DNA of 64,000 nt, taken from assembly GCA_965216315.1 (NCBI GenBank), contig CBDCFN010000016.1, positions 1,568,001 to 1,632,000 of the forward strand, given 5' to 3'. The notes under the pieces were generated by a model, which had not been told where the DNA came from, did not search any database, and saw only the letters and a program-made list of their open reading frames with translations. Shown here one piece after another: positions 41,841 through 51,142 of this stretch. Numbering within the stretch: position 1 is the first letter of the stretch; each line of letters starts with the position of its first letter. Source of the stretch: a bacterium (GTDB lineage Bacteria > UBA10199 > 2-02-FULL-50-16 > JAJFLM01). The position numbers and the translations under genes were made by a program.

Positions 41841-42847
41841 CACTCGAAGAAATCCTCAAAGGAGTCTCCCGTTCATTCTACTTAAGCCTGCGCTTTTTAC
41901 CGCGCCGGGTTCGAACCTCCATGAGTCTTGCCTTTCTTGTCTGCAAAGCCGCTGATACCATTACCGATACGCGGCTGATCCCGCGAGAGCAAAGGCTGGC
42001 GATGTTAGCAGACTATCGGCAGCTCTTTACCGAAAGCCCTGACACGACTTACTTTGAACGCTTGAAAAAAGACGTCGCCGTTGCCGCTGATAATATCCAC
42101 GAAAAGCAACTCTTACTGCAGCTACCGGACCTCTTCAGCGCACTCAATGAATTAACCGCTCACGATCAGGAACATATCGCTTCACTGGCCACCGAACTGA
42201 CCCATGGCATGATATTTGATCTGACCCGTTTCTCCGGAGAAGACGCCAGCGAAATGCAGTTTCTTTATACCGACAAAGAATTAGACGACTATACTTACTA
42301 TGTCGCCGGCTGCGTTGGGCTTTTCTGGACGCGCATCTTGCGGGAACACTTCAAATTTGCGCGTGGCTGGGATCGGGAACTAATGAAGGAAATCGGCATC
42401 AACTTCGGCAAAGGCCTGCAGATGGTCAATATCTTACGAGACTTGCCGCGTGATCTCCAACAAGGTCGCTGCTATCTGCCGAGTGAGGCCCTACAACAGC
42501 GAAGCCTCGCTCCCCACCATTTACTGGACTCAGCTTCGTTAGAGCTAGTGAAACCTTATCTCCAACAACTGCTCAAACGGACCCGAGACTATTTGGCATG
42601 CGGCCGCCAATATGCCGGGGCGCACCCCTTGCACACCTTAAGACTCAAATGGGTTGTCCTCTTACCAATGAAATTGGGATTTCAGACCTTGGACTTGCTG
42701 GAAAAATCTGACTCTTGGCTGGACCCAGATGTCGTCCTCAAAGTCTCCCGCCCGCAGGTCTATCGGACGATGTTGACGGCATTTCTCAGTAGTTTCCGCC
42801 GCAAAGGGATCGCCAGACCTCTAACGGCACCGCCCTACGCCACCTGA
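41837..42847 (+). CDS. squalene/phytoene synthase family protein (squalene-synthase-like)
   Basis: VSRSFYLS, ADTITD, YTYYVAGCVG, LQMVNILRD and GRCYLP motifs; ATGA overlap with the upstream gene. Confidence 0.88.
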   Translation: MTLEEILKGVSRSFYLSLRFLPRRVRTSMSLAFLVCKAADTITDTRLIPREQRLAMLADYRQLFTESPDTTYFERLKKDVAVAADNIHEKQLLLQLPDLFSALNELTAHDQEHIASLATELTHGMIFDLTRFSGEDASEMQFLYTDKELDDYTYYVAGCVGLFWTRILREHFKFARGWDRELMKEIGINFGKGLQMVNILRDLPRDLQQGRCYLPSEALQQRSLAPHHLLDSASLELVKPYLQQLLKRTRDYLACGRQYAGAHPLHTLRLKWVVLLPMKLGFQTLDLLEKSDSWLDPDVVLKVSRPQVYRTMLTAFLSSFRRKGIARPLTAPPYAT

Positions 42848-42948
42848 TAAGCCCCTGATAACCAACAAAAATTTGCGAATCTTTGCGAAAATTAGCAACT
42901 TTCAGGCTCCCGCCGCGATAAATTAGCTGCGTATTGGAGGTGTGTGCG

Positions 42949-43677
42949 ATGGGTGACAATCAAATCAACGCTGCGGGCTATCAATCTAACATCACTGGCA
43001 ATGAATCGTTAAGCTGGGCGGTCGCCGAAGAGACGACGATCGAGAGCTGCGAACTCGGCAAGACGTATGTCTTCCGGGATGGCGATACGCTCTGGGACAG
43101 CACTGACGGCAATGTCTCGCGTCTCAATGCCACACTCTTCTTGAATCATGAGCATGCCAGCGGAACTCTCAGGGAACGCTTGGGTATGGGGGAGACTCTA
43201 CTGGATGGAGATACCCTGTGTATCCCGAAGGCTCTCGGGGATTTTAATGACCTAATGGTAACTCAATTTTCCGCCTGGGGAGAACACGCTAACTCGACCT
43301 ACATGATTACGAGGCACAGCGTGAGCCTTTCCGGACAGGATCATGATCTCATTATTACTGTTGACCAGGTGGACGACTCATACGTCTGCGACGGAGACTT
43401 ACGCTATGAATATGACTCGCCTCATTATCGCGTTAGAATTTCCATTCAGTCTGATCATGAACAGACCTCTTTTGAGACCCGAATATCGGGTGATGGTCAT
43501 GAGGAAGTCTATAATCGAGCATTAGAACAAGTCTACTTGGCACGCATCAACGGAAAGTTACAACTCACCGGCGGCACAGGTCTTGAATTGCGTTATCCGG
43601 ATAATTTCATGCACGGGCTGAATGAGTATTACGACTACAGAGTCACAGAACCTGGGACATGCACTCTAAACTTCTGA
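42949..43677 (+). CDS. hypothetical protein with possible LysM-like segment
   Basis: GGAGG RBS; YVFRDGDTLW...GDTLCIP resembles LysM boundaries. Confidence 0.6.
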   Translation: MGDNQINAAGYQSNITGNESLSWAVAEETTIESCELGKTYVFRDGDTLWDSTDGNVSRLNATLFLNHEHASGTLRERLGMGETLLDGDTLCIPKALGDFNDLMVTQFSAWGEHANSTYMITRHSVSLSGQDHDLIITVDQVDDSYVCDGDLRYEYDSPHYRVRISIQSDHEQTSFETRISGDGHEEVYNRALEQVYLARINGKLQLTGGTGLELRYPDNFMHGLNEYYDYRVTEPGTCTLNF

Positions 43678-43716
43678 TTATTTCAGCTGAAAGATCACTT
43701 TACTAAAAAATTGAAA

Positions 43717-43750
43717 GGGCGAACCATGCGGCCAAGCCGCAGGTCCGCCC
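43717..43750 (-). terminator. hairpin between convergent genes (REP-like terminator)
   Basis: GGGCGAACC-A-TGCGGC-CAA-GCCGCA-GGTCCGCCC; T-rich tail on the minus strand. Confidence 0.6.
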
Positions 43751-43769
43751 CTTCTCCCCCTAAGTAAAC

Positions 43770-45464
43770 TTAGCGGACATTCATCATGTCTTCAGGGCAC
43801 TGGATCACTTTGATATGGATCGTGATCGTCTCGTACTTCACCTCATTATGAGGGAAGGTATTGACGTCGGCCTCAAAAGTGACCGTCGTCGTGCCTATAC
43901 CCGTCGGAGTGATCGTCACACTTCCCGGGTCATTCTGCAGACCGATCGTGGCGACACCGTCATCGTCGGTCTGAGGATTGCGAACATTGGTCGAGTACTG
44001 GAAGCCACGCTGCCAGCTCATATCTTCTTCGCAAATGCAGATTACGAGATAGTAGACGTTGTCACCGGCGTGACGCAGCTTGTACAAGTCTTCAACACCC
44101 GCATTGTCGAGTCCCGCAAAGGGATCCGCCGGATCGACAACGGGGACTTTCTTCGGAGCACCGGCCGGGTCAGCGGCGGCTTCCTCTTCACACTTCGGTT
44201 CACAGTCAATGACCGTGACGTAGATCGTTCCAGAGACCCAATCCGTATTGGCGATCGGAAAGGTATGGGTGAGCGCTTCGAAGGTCACGGTCGTCGTTCC
44301 TACTTTGCGCCCACGAATCGCGACCGTTCCCGGATCATTGGTCATGCGAACACCGGCGGTAAACGGATTGGAATTGCCCCCGTTACGTAGTGACGTCTGC
44401 CACTTAAAGCCGCGATACCAGGTCTTCCCTTTACAGATAACCAGCTTGTAAGAGTTAGGACCAATCTTTTTCAATTTACCGATATTCTTCTTATCGATTC
44501 CGGGCTTACCGTCACCGTCAGGATCCGGATTGTCGGCATCGTCATCATCACCTGGCGCCGGACAAGGCTCATCACCATCGTCATCAGGATCAATGAGCTT
44601 ATCCGGATCAAAAGGATCATTGAAATCCTCCGGGCCGTCAGGATCTTCCGGAGGTAAAACGGGAGGGAAAAGCGGCGGATAAACCGTATCGTCGATTTCC
44701 ATCTCATTCATCGGAATATTCTGATAGTAATAGTCTTCCGTTTCTCCTTCTGCGAATTCACCGGTCCCATCCCAACCGTCAGGATAGGCACTTTCATCAA
44801 TCGGACGTTCAGAAAGAGTTACACGGTACCAAATATCATGGGTCTGAGAGCCCATCGTCGCAAACGGTGTCAACACGCGTTCGGAAGTGCCCGGCGCGAC
44901 ATGAACAGGATGGTTTTTCACGACCCACTCTTCTGTTCCCGTAGAAGTGGCATCATTCCATTCGAGATCACGATTCCAATCGGCTAACACGTTAATATAA
45001 CGCAATTGATCCGTCGCACCGGCAGCAACCGAAACAACGACCGGAAGCTGATATTGTCCTCCAGCGGGCAGCAACCCAATAAACAACCCATCGTCATAGC
45101 GGTCTTGGTCGGGATTTTCATCGAGATTAGGTTCCCCATCCGGGTCGCTCGGATCGGTCGCATCATCCTCGGCGCTGCTTGGCAGCGAACCATCTGCGAG
45201 AAAATATCCCAATGCAGACTGCGTCGTATCCAAATGACGCGCCCCATTGCTAGCGAGTTTGGTTGGAAACTTGGCACCGCTGACAGTCCCCGTATCATCG
45301 CGATCATCCGGAGCATCCCCGTAATCGGCGACGCTTTCAGCGGCAGCTTCCGGGCTTGTCAGGACTTTCTCCGCTTCAGGGCAGGCGGTTAAAGAAAAAA
45401 GCAGGACGAGGGAAATTCCTCCCGTCATCAATTTGTCGTAGAGTCTTCTGGTCTTGGCTAACAT
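43770..45464 (-). CDS. surface lipoprotein with GEVED domain, acidic linker and two C-terminal Ig-like repeats
   Basis: Lipobox LTAC; DYGDAP, DWNRD and GETEDY motifs; duplicated NDPG-x-V...GTTTVTFEA unit. Confidence 0.75.
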   Translation of the reverse strand: MLAKTRRLYDKLMTGGISLVLLFSLTACPEAEKVLTSPEAAAESVADYGDAPDDRDDTGTVSGAKFPTKLASNGARHLDTTQSALGYFLADGSLPSSAEDDATDPSDPDGEPNLDENPDQDRYDDGLFIGLLPAGGQYQLPVVVSVAAGATDQLRYINVLADWNRDLEWNDATSTGTEEWVVKNHPVHVAPGTSERVLTPFATMGSQTHDIWYRVTLSERPIDESAYPDGWDGTGEFAEGETEDYYYQNIPMNEMEIDDTVYPPLFPPVLPPEDPDGPEDFNDPFDPDKLIDPDDDGDEPCPAPGDDDDADNPDPDGDGKPGIDKKNIGKLKKIGPNSYKLVICKGKTWYRGFKWQTSLRNGGNSNPFTAGVRMTNDPGTVAIRGRKVGTTTVTFEALTHTFPIANTDWVSGTIYVTVIDCEPKCEEEAAADPAGAPKKVPVVDPADPFAGLDNAGVEDLYKLRHAGDNVYYLVICICEEDMSWQRGFQYSTNVRNPQTDDDGVATIGLQNDPGSVTITPTGIGTTTVTFEADVNTFPHNEVKYETITIHIKVIQCPEDMMNVR

Positions 45465-45524
45465 GCTTGGCTCCTTTGTCGGGTGATAAACTATGGACCC
45501 ACGGTCCTTTCACGACAACAATAG

Positions 45525-45540
45525 TGCAAGCCTCGTGCCA
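45525..45540 (-). promoter_or_regulatory. sigma54 (-24/-12) promoter
   Basis: TGGCAC-GAGGC-TTGCA exactly matches the consensus; AT-rich upstream tract at 45541-45650. Confidence 0.8.
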
Positions 45541-45650
45541 AAAATTTTATGGATGTAATATATTGATTTTATTAATATTCTCTTAATTGGACAGGTTAAA
45601 ATATATAAAAAATATTCATTTTTAATAAAAATTAATCTTAAAAATAGACA

Positions 45651-46079
45651 TCATGGGCCCGCTTCCGTCGTACTTTTGATCTCCCCAAACTGAGTCACGC
45701 GCCACTTGCCGGCGTGCAAGGCGACCTTGACGTAGCTTTTACGATGAAAGGCGTCGATCCCCTCGGGCTTCACCACAACCTCATAAACAAAACGCTTAGC
45801 CCCTTCAGGAGCCTCTAGCGTCTTTTTTAACTCCGCTTGGATATGGGGGCGCTTTGTATCACCGCTAATCGCTTGCCCTTCCCGCAAGGTCAGTTCCTGT
45901 TTGAGCGTTTCACAGGCCAGCCCCTCACAGTACGCCAGCGATTGTTTAATATCCGTATCCACGTAATAGGCCTGAACAAAGGCATTGGCCACCTCGACCG
46001 CATCCCGACCCATTTTGGGACCCGCCGAACAGGCCTGCGCGCAACAAAGAACCACTATCCACGCAATGAACTTACCCAT
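45651..46079 (-). CDS. hypothetical exported protein or lipoprotein
   Basis: Signal-like N-terminus with Cys; RBS AGGGGA. Confidence 0.65.
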   Translation of the reverse strand: MGKFIAWIVVLCCAQACSAGPKMGRDAVEVANAFVQAYYVDTDIKQSLAYCEGLACETLKQELTLREGQAISGDTKRPHIQAELKKTLEAPEGAKRFVYEVVVKPEGIDAFHRKSYVKVALHAGKWRVTQFGEIKSTTEAGP

Positions 46080-46090
46080 GGTATCCCCTG

Positions 46091-46780
46091 CTAGCCTAAA
46101 CACTCCTTATAATGAAGGATAGGCCAGCCTTTTTTCTCGGCAACACGTAATAATTTCTTATCTGGATTCACTGCATGAGGGTGGCCCACGGCCTCCAACA
46201 GCACAATATCATCAATGTTATCCGAATAAAAATAACAGTCCGCTAAGGATACCTTTTCTTGCTCCGCGATAAGGCGAGCGACGTCCAGTTTCCCGTCCCC
46301 GTAGGCAAGTGGCTCTTTAACCGTACTTTGCAAGACACCATCGCGAATCTCCGGTGCCGGCGCATAATCGGCATTTACACCCAGATAGTCGCCGAGCACT
46401 TTGACCGTCATATAGGGGGCCGCCGTCACAAAGTAAGAGTTATGCCCCTTATCTTGGTGTGATTTCACTAATTCAATCGCCCCTCGATACAATCGCGGCT
46501 TGATATCTTCCGTAAAACATTCACTACCGATCTCTAACACGCGTTCGAGTGGCCAGCCGGCCATATCACCCAAGACAAGCTCATACATCTTTCGCACGTC
46601 TCCGTGATAGATTGTACTTACAGCTTTATAGAAGATTGCCTTGGCAATGCGACGCTTTCGAATCGCACCACAGCGCATTAAACGCAGTGTCGTATAATAA
46701 CCGCTATACCCATCAACAAGCGTCTTATCGACGTCAAATAATGCAACTTTTTTAGGGGCTCGCATCTCGCTATGGAGCAT
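46091..46780 (-). CDS. HAD-IB family hydrolase
   Basis: FDVDKTL, YSDNIDD-x-x-LLEAVGHP and VNPD motifs. Confidence 0.9.
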   Translation of the reverse strand: MLHSEMRAPKKVALFDVDKTLVDGYSGYYTTLRLMRCGAIRKRRIAKAIFYKAVSTIYHGDVRKMYELVLGDMAGWPLERVLEIGSECFTEDIKPRLYRGAIELVKSHQDKGHNSYFVTAAPYMTVKVLGDYLGVNADYAPAPEIRDGVLQSTVKEPLAYGDGKLDVARLIAEQEKVSLADCYFYSDNIDDIVLLEAVGHPHAVNPDKKLLRVAEKKGWPILHYKECLG

Positions 46781-46802
46781 TCAATTCAATCCTTATGGAA
46801 AC

Positions 46803-47372
46803 TTAGTCGAGAGTGGCGCGACGCAGGATATCGATGTCCACTTTTTTACCTTGATAGAAGTCATCAAATATTTGGCTGGCAAGACTATAAAAACCCATTA
46901 GTAGATCAAGCTGCAACTTCATGAAATCCGCATCTTGGCGATCGTCACCAGTAATTTTGACAGTCGATGTTTCGAGATCCGAGCGGCACTCTTCAATAAT
47001 GCGCAAACTGTGCTCAATACCGTCGCGCACCCGATCGAAGAAGCCTTTGATGAGCTTTCGAGGATAGTCGCGCACGGCCTCGTAATAATCTCGACGACTG
47101 CCCTTAACCCAAACCTTACGAACCATACCCTGCTCTTCTAACAGTCGAATATTGACACTAACATTTCCCTTGGAGGTCTTCAGAAAATCACATATTTCAT
47201 CCAGGGATAGTGGCTGACGCATCATGAATAGCAAGGCATAGATCTGACCGCCTACCTTATTGACCATTCCCAACATGTTTGCAGAGATCTTCCCAGAACT
47301 CTCTATGAACGATTCCAGCGTCTTCTGTAATTCATCACTGATCGTTTTATTGATGGAAGGCTCAGCGGGCAT
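46803..47372 (-). CDS. GbsR/MarR family transcriptional regulator
   Basis: GQIYALL, LSLDEI, SKGNVS and GSRRDYY motifs. Confidence 0.85.
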   Translation of the reverse strand: MPAEPSINKTISDELQKTLESFIESSGKISANMLGMVNKVGGQIYALLFMMRQPLSLDEICDFLKTSKGNVSVNIRLLEEQGMVRKVWVKGSRRDYYEAVRDYPRKLIKGFFDRVRDGIEHSLRIIEECRSDLETSTVKITGDDRQDADFMKLQLDLLMGFYSLASQIFDDFYQGKKVDIDILRRATLD

Positions 47373-47421
47373 TGAGCGAGGAATAGCAGCGGCTTAGCAG
47401 GATGTCAAACCTGCCCGCGGC

Positions 47422-47466
47422 AAAAAAAAGCCCCGTGAGATAGCCAAAACCGCTATCTCACGGGGC
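47422..47466 (-). terminator. Rho-independent terminator
   Basis: Perfect 15-bp stem GCCCCGTGAGATAGC/GCTATCTCACGGGGC followed by T8 on the minus strand. Confidence 0.9.
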
Positions 47467-47490
47467 AAAAAAACAAATAATCACTAGTAA

Positions 47491-48258
47491 TTACGATCCG
47501 ACTTTGAAGCTTGCATCGGCATTAGCCGCCGCACCGGCAGTCACTTTCACCGCCTTCGTCTGTTCGCCAAACTTCTCATGCCAAATTTTCACCGTATAAT
47601 CGCCGGCAGGAATATTCTTAATTTCAAATTTTCCATCGGCCTTCGTCGTTGCAAAGAAAGGATTCTTAGCAACCAAGGCATAAGCCGTCATCCACGGGTG
47701 AACATCGCATTTGAATTTAACGATATTGCCGGCCTTATTAAACTTATGCTTGATTGGGGCCATGCCTTGAAACATCGCCCGATTAAAACAAGTCGCCGTC
47801 CCTTCAAAGCAATGAACATTGTGCAATGTCTTGTCACTGTTTTTAATTTCCAGGGGTTGTCCGTCATAAAGCGCCAAGACATGGGGCGTATATTGACAAC
47901 CTTTTTGGTCAAGGACCACAGGAGTTTCGGGCGTCTTGAATTCGCCCTTCACTTCGTCCAGATAAACAATAACATTCGCCAACTCACCCGCGGCGCCAAC
48001 AACAACCTCTTCACTCGGAACCGCTGCACTATGTGCCTGCGCACAAACCGGATCCGCCTTCATATTAATAGGCCGCATTTTAGGGGCTGTCCCTTCTAAT
48101 TTTATCGTGCCTGTGATGGAACCGTTCGCACCACCGGCTGCAGCCGCCGGCGCCGGGGTATCCGCCGCCTTAACCTGAGTATCAGATCCCATACCACAGC
48201 CAATTGCGATAATAGCAGCCATGGCAATCCCTACATAAAACTTATTTTGATATTTCAC
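47491..48258 (-). CDS. cupredoxin-like / carboxypeptidase-regulatory-like domain lipoprotein
   Basis: Lipobox AIGC; DQKGCQYTPHV, NSD-x-x-LHNVH, CDVHPWM and WHE motifs. Confidence 0.8.
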   Translation of the reverse strand: MKYQNKFYVGIAMAAIIAIGCGMGSDTQVKAADTPAPAAAAGGANGSITGTIKLEGTAPKMRPINMKADPVCAQAHSAAVPSEEVVVGAAGELANVIVYLDEVKGEFKTPETPVVLDQKGCQYTPHVLALYDGQPLEIKNSDKTLHNVHCFEGTATCFNRAMFQGMAPIKHKFNKAGNIVKFKCDVHPWMTAYALVAKNPFFATTKADGKFEIKNIPAGDYTVKIWHEKFGEQTKAVKVTAGAAANADASFKVGS

Positions 48259-48340
48259 GCTCAACTCCTCTCGTTAAAAAAATCCCGAAAAAACTAGCAG
48301 ACCGCCATTTAGACGTCAAGAGAGCCCCTCTCGAAGTATC

Positions 48341-51034
48341 CTAGCTTTTCCCCTTACCTTTCTTCGCCTTATTCACCTTCGGTTTGGTACTCGCTTGTGA
48401 TTTACGCGTAATTTTAAGCATATAATCCGCTATCGCCTGCGCCTGTTTTTCCACATCGCCCCCGAGTATATTGGGTGGACCGGAACCGGGCTCTGGCAAA
48501 AAGGCCGGCATTCTCACGCCGGGAGTAAACTGCTGCGCATTCTGCACCCAAGGCGCGATAAAGTCCGGCCGAATCCGTTCCGGTATCATATTCAGATCCG
48601 GCCCCCACATAGACTTTGGACCTGAAGGTGTTTTACTGCCCTGCACATGGCATGAAAAGCAGCTGAAATACTGTCCCGAAACCAGCGCCTCACCCGCGGC
48701 CAACATCTCCTCTGAGGCAGGCTCGTCCGGCAAAGTTACAAAGATATCTTCCTTATTATCGAGATAAGCAAAGTACTTCACCAACGTCTCCGTGTCTTCA
48801 TCATTGAAATCAAAGCTCGGCATTCGAATATCCAACCACGGGCGAATCTTCGTCTTGCCCGGATCCTTCAGGAAGTGAAACAACCAGTTCGGTTGGACCT
48901 TGGCCCCTTGGCCTGCAAGGTTGGGCGGAGCCGCACTGGGATCATCGTAAAGATTGGCAATATCACCGCCTTCGCCTTCAATCTGGTGACATCCGACGCA
49001 ATTCAAGCGTCGCGTCAAACGCCTCCCCTCATCAATCACCCGCTGATTAGAGCTGAGAGCCGAAGGAATATATTTTTCAGGGGGCGTATATCCCCGCAAG
49101 CCCTTAAGGAAAACAACGAGCGCCTTAATCTCATCATCCTTGAGCGGAAATTGAGGCATCACACTTGAAGCCCGCGTATGTACATAAGTCCGGGGATTTT
49201 TAATTTTATTATAGATCCAATCTTCCCAGGTATGTGGTATATCCGTGTCACCAAAATCCAACTTATCAGTTGTCTTTAGCCCAATCGATGACAGATCAAC
49301 GGATAATTTTGAGAGTCGCTCGGTCCCCTTGATGTCATGACATCCATAACAACCACGCTGCGTAATCAGCAGGTAACCTTTATCTTTATTTTCAGGATTA
49401 CTGAGTGCCGCGCGAATCGCCTCGTCGTCACTGGGTTTCTCACCCTTTGTAGCCAGATATGCCGTAATATCCGCAGCCTCCTGCTTCGTCAGGCGAAGCC
49501 GCGGCATGCGTGCTGTCGCATGATAGCTCTTCGGATCTTGGATCCAATTGTATACCCAATCCGCATTGGTTTTTTCCATAATGCGATCGAGGGTAGGCGC
49601 AAAAGCCGCTCCTTTATCTTCAAGACTGTGGCAGCCGAAACAACCAACTGCGCCAAATAATTTCTTCCCATTCTCCGCATTACCCGTACCCGGATAAGCT
49701 CCAAAGGGGTATTGGTAGTCACCCGATGCCTGCATCAGATAACTGGCAATCTGCGTCGCTTCCTCTTTGTTAACCTTCGCCTCGGGCATGCGCGTATGGG
49801 GATCATACGAACTTGGCTTCAATATCCACGGAACAATCCACTCAGGATTAATCTTGGCACCGACGTTTTCCAGTGACGGTCCCGCCTTGGGATAGTCTTC
49901 CAGTCCATTGACGTTATGGCAACCAACACAACCCATTTCCGCAAAAAGTCGCTTCCCCTTGATGGCGACGGGAGCATGTTCCAGGTTCCACTGATCGCCG
50001 TGACATTTGTGACAAGAAGATTGGACGTAATCTCCCCGCAACAGCGGGTTGAGCCAATGATGCTCAAAACCATGGGCAAAATCATCATGTCCAAAGGGTT
50101 CGTGTTTGATTTGGGTCGCACGGCCTTGCCCCCAGTGGCAGGTCGTGCAACCAAATTTATCGACAGGATGATTCTTGAGAAGCACATCGCGATGCGGATG
50201 CGTCCTGTGAAGCTTATTCTCCGCGTTCTCAAATCCTTTGCGATCAATCGCCGTATGACACGTCATGCAACGATCCACTTTACCCCACTCGACAACACCG
50301 ACAATCCCTAAATCAGGAATAACAACCTGTTTTATCTCGGTCCCTCTTCCGCTAATCGTATCCAAGCGCCGCTCGATAGTGCGCAACGGGGCAAAATGAT
50401 CTTCTTTGGCCTTCACCCAGCGCGCCACTTCGTTGTCGTATTTTGCCACCTTATCAGCGACAATCTTCAGCTCGGCAGCCGCCTTTTCAACCTCTTTACC
50501 AAGGCGCGCTATTTCCTCCTCAAGCTCCCAATATTTTTTTTCATACGGCTTATAGTCTTTGCCTTGGTGCTGGTGATGTTTCCAATGATAATAAATTTCA
50601 TCTTGATCAGCCTTAGCAAAGCCCCTCGTTTGGTTGATATCTTCGTATGCGATAGTCAGCTCGTCCCGCTCCTTCAGGAGTTTTTTATAGTCGGAAGATT
50701 CTTGTGCAATCTCGGCTTGTTCCAGTTTTAGCCCAACTTGTCTCAATGAAAGTTTTTTAGGATCGTTTGGCAATTCATCGACGGTCTTTCCCTTAAACTC
50801 TTCTTCGCGTTTTTTATCCGCCGCCTCGATCTTGGCCTTCAAGTCATCATATTCTTTTTGCACCAAGCCGTACTCGTACTTATTAAAGGCATTCTGAATC
50901 CCTTTATAGGTACGGCGAATAAAGGCGTCATCAATCATTGCATAGACGGAGATAACGAAAAATAATGAGCCGAGTAAGAATAAATACTTACTCATCGAGC
51001 GCTTTTCGACGGGATCTTTGTGTTCTTCAGCCAT
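48341..51034 (-). CDS. membrane-anchored octaheme cytochrome c of a Rieske/cytochrome b complex
   Basis: Eight CxxCH motifs (CMTCH, CTTCH, CHKCH, CVGCH, CFGCH, CYGCH, CVGCH, CFSCH); N-terminal TM and coiled coil. Confidence 0.9.
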   Translation of the reverse strand: MAEEHKDPVEKRSMSKYLFLLGSLFFVISVYAMIDDAFIRRTYKGIQNAFNKYEYGLVQKEYDDLKAKIEAADKKREEEFKGKTVDELPNDPKKLSLRQVGLKLEQAEIAQESSDYKKLLKERDELTIAYEDINQTRGFAKADQDEIYYHWKHHQHQGKDYKPYEKKYWELEEEIARLGKEVEKAAAELKIVADKVAKYDNEVARWVKAKEDHFAPLRTIERRLDTISGRGTEIKQVVIPDLGIVGVVEWGKVDRCMTCHTAIDRKGFENAENKLHRTHPHRDVLLKNHPVDKFGCTTCHWGQGRATQIKHEPFGHDDFAHGFEHHWLNPLLRGDYVQSSCHKCHGDQWNLEHAPVAIKGKRLFAEMGCVGCHNVNGLEDYPKAGPSLENVGAKINPEWIVPWILKPSSYDPHTRMPEAKVNKEEATQIASYLMQASGDYQYPFGAYPGTGNAENGKKLFGAVGCFGCHSLEDKGAAFAPTLDRIMEKTNADWVYNWIQDPKSYHATARMPRLRLTKQEAADITAYLATKGEKPSDDEAIRAALSNPENKDKGYLLITQRGCYGCHDIKGTERLSKLSVDLSSIGLKTTDKLDFGDTDIPHTWEDWIYNKIKNPRTYVHTRASSVMPQFPLKDDEIKALVVFLKGLRGYTPPEKYIPSALSSNQRVIDEGRRLTRRLNCVGCHQIEGEGGDIANLYDDPSAAPPNLAGQGAKVQPNWLFHFLKDPGKTKIRPWLDIRMPSFDFNDEDTETLVKYFAYLDNKEDIFVTLPDEPASEEMLAAGEALVSGQYFSCFSCHVQGSKTPSGPKSMWGPDLNMIPERIRPDFIAPWVQNAQQFTPGVRMPAFLPEPGSGPPNILGGDVEKQAQAIADYMLKITRKSQASTKPKVNKAKKGKGKS

Positions 51035-51041
51035 TGTTAAT

Positions 51042-51111
51042 AGGGGCTAGCGTCGCCCCCTCCACAAGGAGACCTTGCGGAGCCTCCCCCTCTCGCTCGC
51101 GTTGCTCGCTA
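51042..51111. repeat. 70-nt structured repeat, copy A (intergenic)
   Basis: Near-identical to 51940-52010; central hairpin CAAGG-AGA-CCTTG. Confidence 0.85.
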
Positions 51112-51142
51112 TATCTGAGGTTTGTTCGGGTTAGTATTGTCA

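Noticed and set aside
43815..44390. Long antisense ORFs (also 47578-48099, 56820-57455, 9469-9900, 12325-12819 and other overlapping frames)
   Set aside because: They are shadows of well-supported genes, with no RBS or recognisable motifs.
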